Positions 34,035 to 35,476 of a DNA stretch of 35,476 bases are shown here, in pieces (within the stretch, counting starts at the first letter, position 1; each line of letters opens with the position of its first letter). Origin of the DNA: Octopus bimaculoides (lineage: Eukaryota); the NCBI RefSeq assembly GCF_001194135.2, contig NC_068982.1, forward strand, positions 192,392,089 through 192,427,564. The letters run 5' to 3'. Both the position numbers and the translations under genes were made by a program. The notes under the pieces are model-generated. The model was not told the DNA's origin, did no database searches, and saw only the letters and a program-made list of their open reading frames with translations.

Positions 34035-35184
34035 AAGGCCTCCGTCGGTCATGGCTGACCATGGATGATGTCATCCGTCCGTTGAGTTGTCTATTCAGTT
34101 TTTGCAACACCTCCTCGTTTGCAGAAGTCACACCTATACGTTGAATCCAGTCTGTTGGCTGTCATTTCTTTTCTGCAGGCTCAGTTTTCAGCTGCTGCCA
34201 CCCTCAAATTCTCTTCGCCAGTCTGCAGTTGTTTGTGAAGAGTGCCTCTCCAGCTGGTTCGATCGGCTGCGAGATCCTCCCAGGAATTGGTGTTGATACC
34301 AAGTGCCTTCATATCCCTCCTGCACACATCCCTGTACCTCAGCTTCGGGCAGCCAATGTTTCTCTGTCCTGCGACAAGCTCTCCGTAAAGGACATCCTTT
34401 GGGATCCGACCATCCTCCATACGGAGAACGTGGCCAATCCAGCGCAGCCGACGTTGTCTTAGCAAGGTGAGCATGGTGGGGAGGCCAGCACAAGATAGAA
34501 CATCAGTATTGGTTATTTTGTCTTGCTAGAGGATGCCGAGTATGCATCGTAGGCTTCTGAGGTGGAAGGTGTTGAGCCGTTTGTCCTGGCGGGTGTACGC
34601 GGTCCATGTCTCGCTGCCGTATAGCAGGGTGCTGAGGACGCAAGCACTGTACACAGCCATTTTCGCTTTCACTGTTAGCTTGGGGTTTGTCCACACTCTT
34701 GGCGTGAGGCGAGCGAATGTTGTGGCTGCCTTCCCGATCCTCTTGTCTATCTCAGCATCTAGGGAGAGGTTGTCGGTGATAGTAGAACCAAGGTACATGA
34801 ACTGGTGGACAATCTCGAGCTCATAGTTGTCGATGGTGATGACAGGTGGTGTCGGCGTGACTTGACCCATAACGCTTGTCTTCTTCAGACTGAGTCACCC
34901 CTATTTTTCTTTTAGGCCTCAGCTGAGCAATCCATCAGCAGCTGCAGTTCCCTCTGAGTGTGAGTCGCAACTGCAGCGTCATCAGGGGACAGCGTGTCTC
35001 TGGTGAGGACTTCGCGGACCTTTGACCTCGCTTTTAGGCGGGCAAGATTGAACAGCCCACCATCCAATCTCGTCCGTAAGTATATTCCTTCTTGTGCTGT
35101 GCCAAATGCATGCCTCAGGAGGAGTGAGAAGAAGATCCCGAAAAGGGTTGGGGCGAGTACGCAGCCTTGTTTGACCTCACTGCG
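34035..35184 (-). mobile_element. Young 5'-truncated BovB-like RTE LINE flanked by (TA)n
   Basis: VKQGCVLAPTLFGIFFS, FMYLGSTITDNLSLDAEIDKRIGKAA, LLYGSETW, RRLRWIGHVLRMEDGRIPKDVLYGEL. CpGs largely retained. Confidence 0.95.
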
Positions 35185-35207
35185 TATATATATATATATA
35201 TATATAT

Positions 35208-35476
35208 GGTAGCAGGGAATTGTACCAATGTGCCAGAAGGGAGGCTAGGCGACAGGTTTATTTAGCCAGAGGGGAAGCAGATAAGGAAAGATTTGCCAAT
35301 GTTCTGCGCCGTGAGGACCAAAGACTCGAGGTATTTCGGGTTGCAAGACAGTGTAGGAGAGAGAATAGTGATGTTGTAGGAGAGAAATGTGTTCGCATGG
35401 ATGATGGTACGCTTGCATTAAATGAGGATGCAAAGAAAGAGGTCTGGAGATGCCACTACGATAGATTGCTTAATAA
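35208..35476 (+). mobile_element. RTE ORF2 linker fragment, open to window end (probably dominant family)
   Basis: Uninterrupted frame GSRELYQCARREARRQVYLARGEADKERF...KEVWRCHYDRLLN starting immediately after (TA)n. Confidence 0.7.

Overview
AT-rich, repeat-dense animal genomic DNA with two scaffold gaps (16406-17272, 30673-31401). The SINE and LINE tails resemble Octopus (cephalopod) repeats; this assignment is from recall, not a database search. Much of the window is transposon debris. It holds about 15 fragments of one dominant RTE-clade LINE with an (ATG)n tail, two BovB-like RTE copies, an Expander/Rex3-like RTE, a CR1-type LINE, several tRNA-derived SINEs, a full-length decayed mariner, a mariner-derived inverted-duplication MITE and foldback elements. 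No intact host protein-coding gene could be established. Two CpG-retaining islands (about 8.9-10.0 kb and 19.7-20.5 kb) look like promoters, and the second has a candidate minus-strand first coding exon. The strongest observations are a C4HC3 PHD-finger-like module inside the RT region of the dominant RTE (reconstructed from several copies), an RTE insertion with twin-priming-type 5' inversion geometry, and repeated use of SINE-borne (TA)n tracts as landing pads by unrelated elements. I found no CRISPR or prokaryote-type system. Repeat boundaries are approximate unless terminal repeats or splice sites are quoted.
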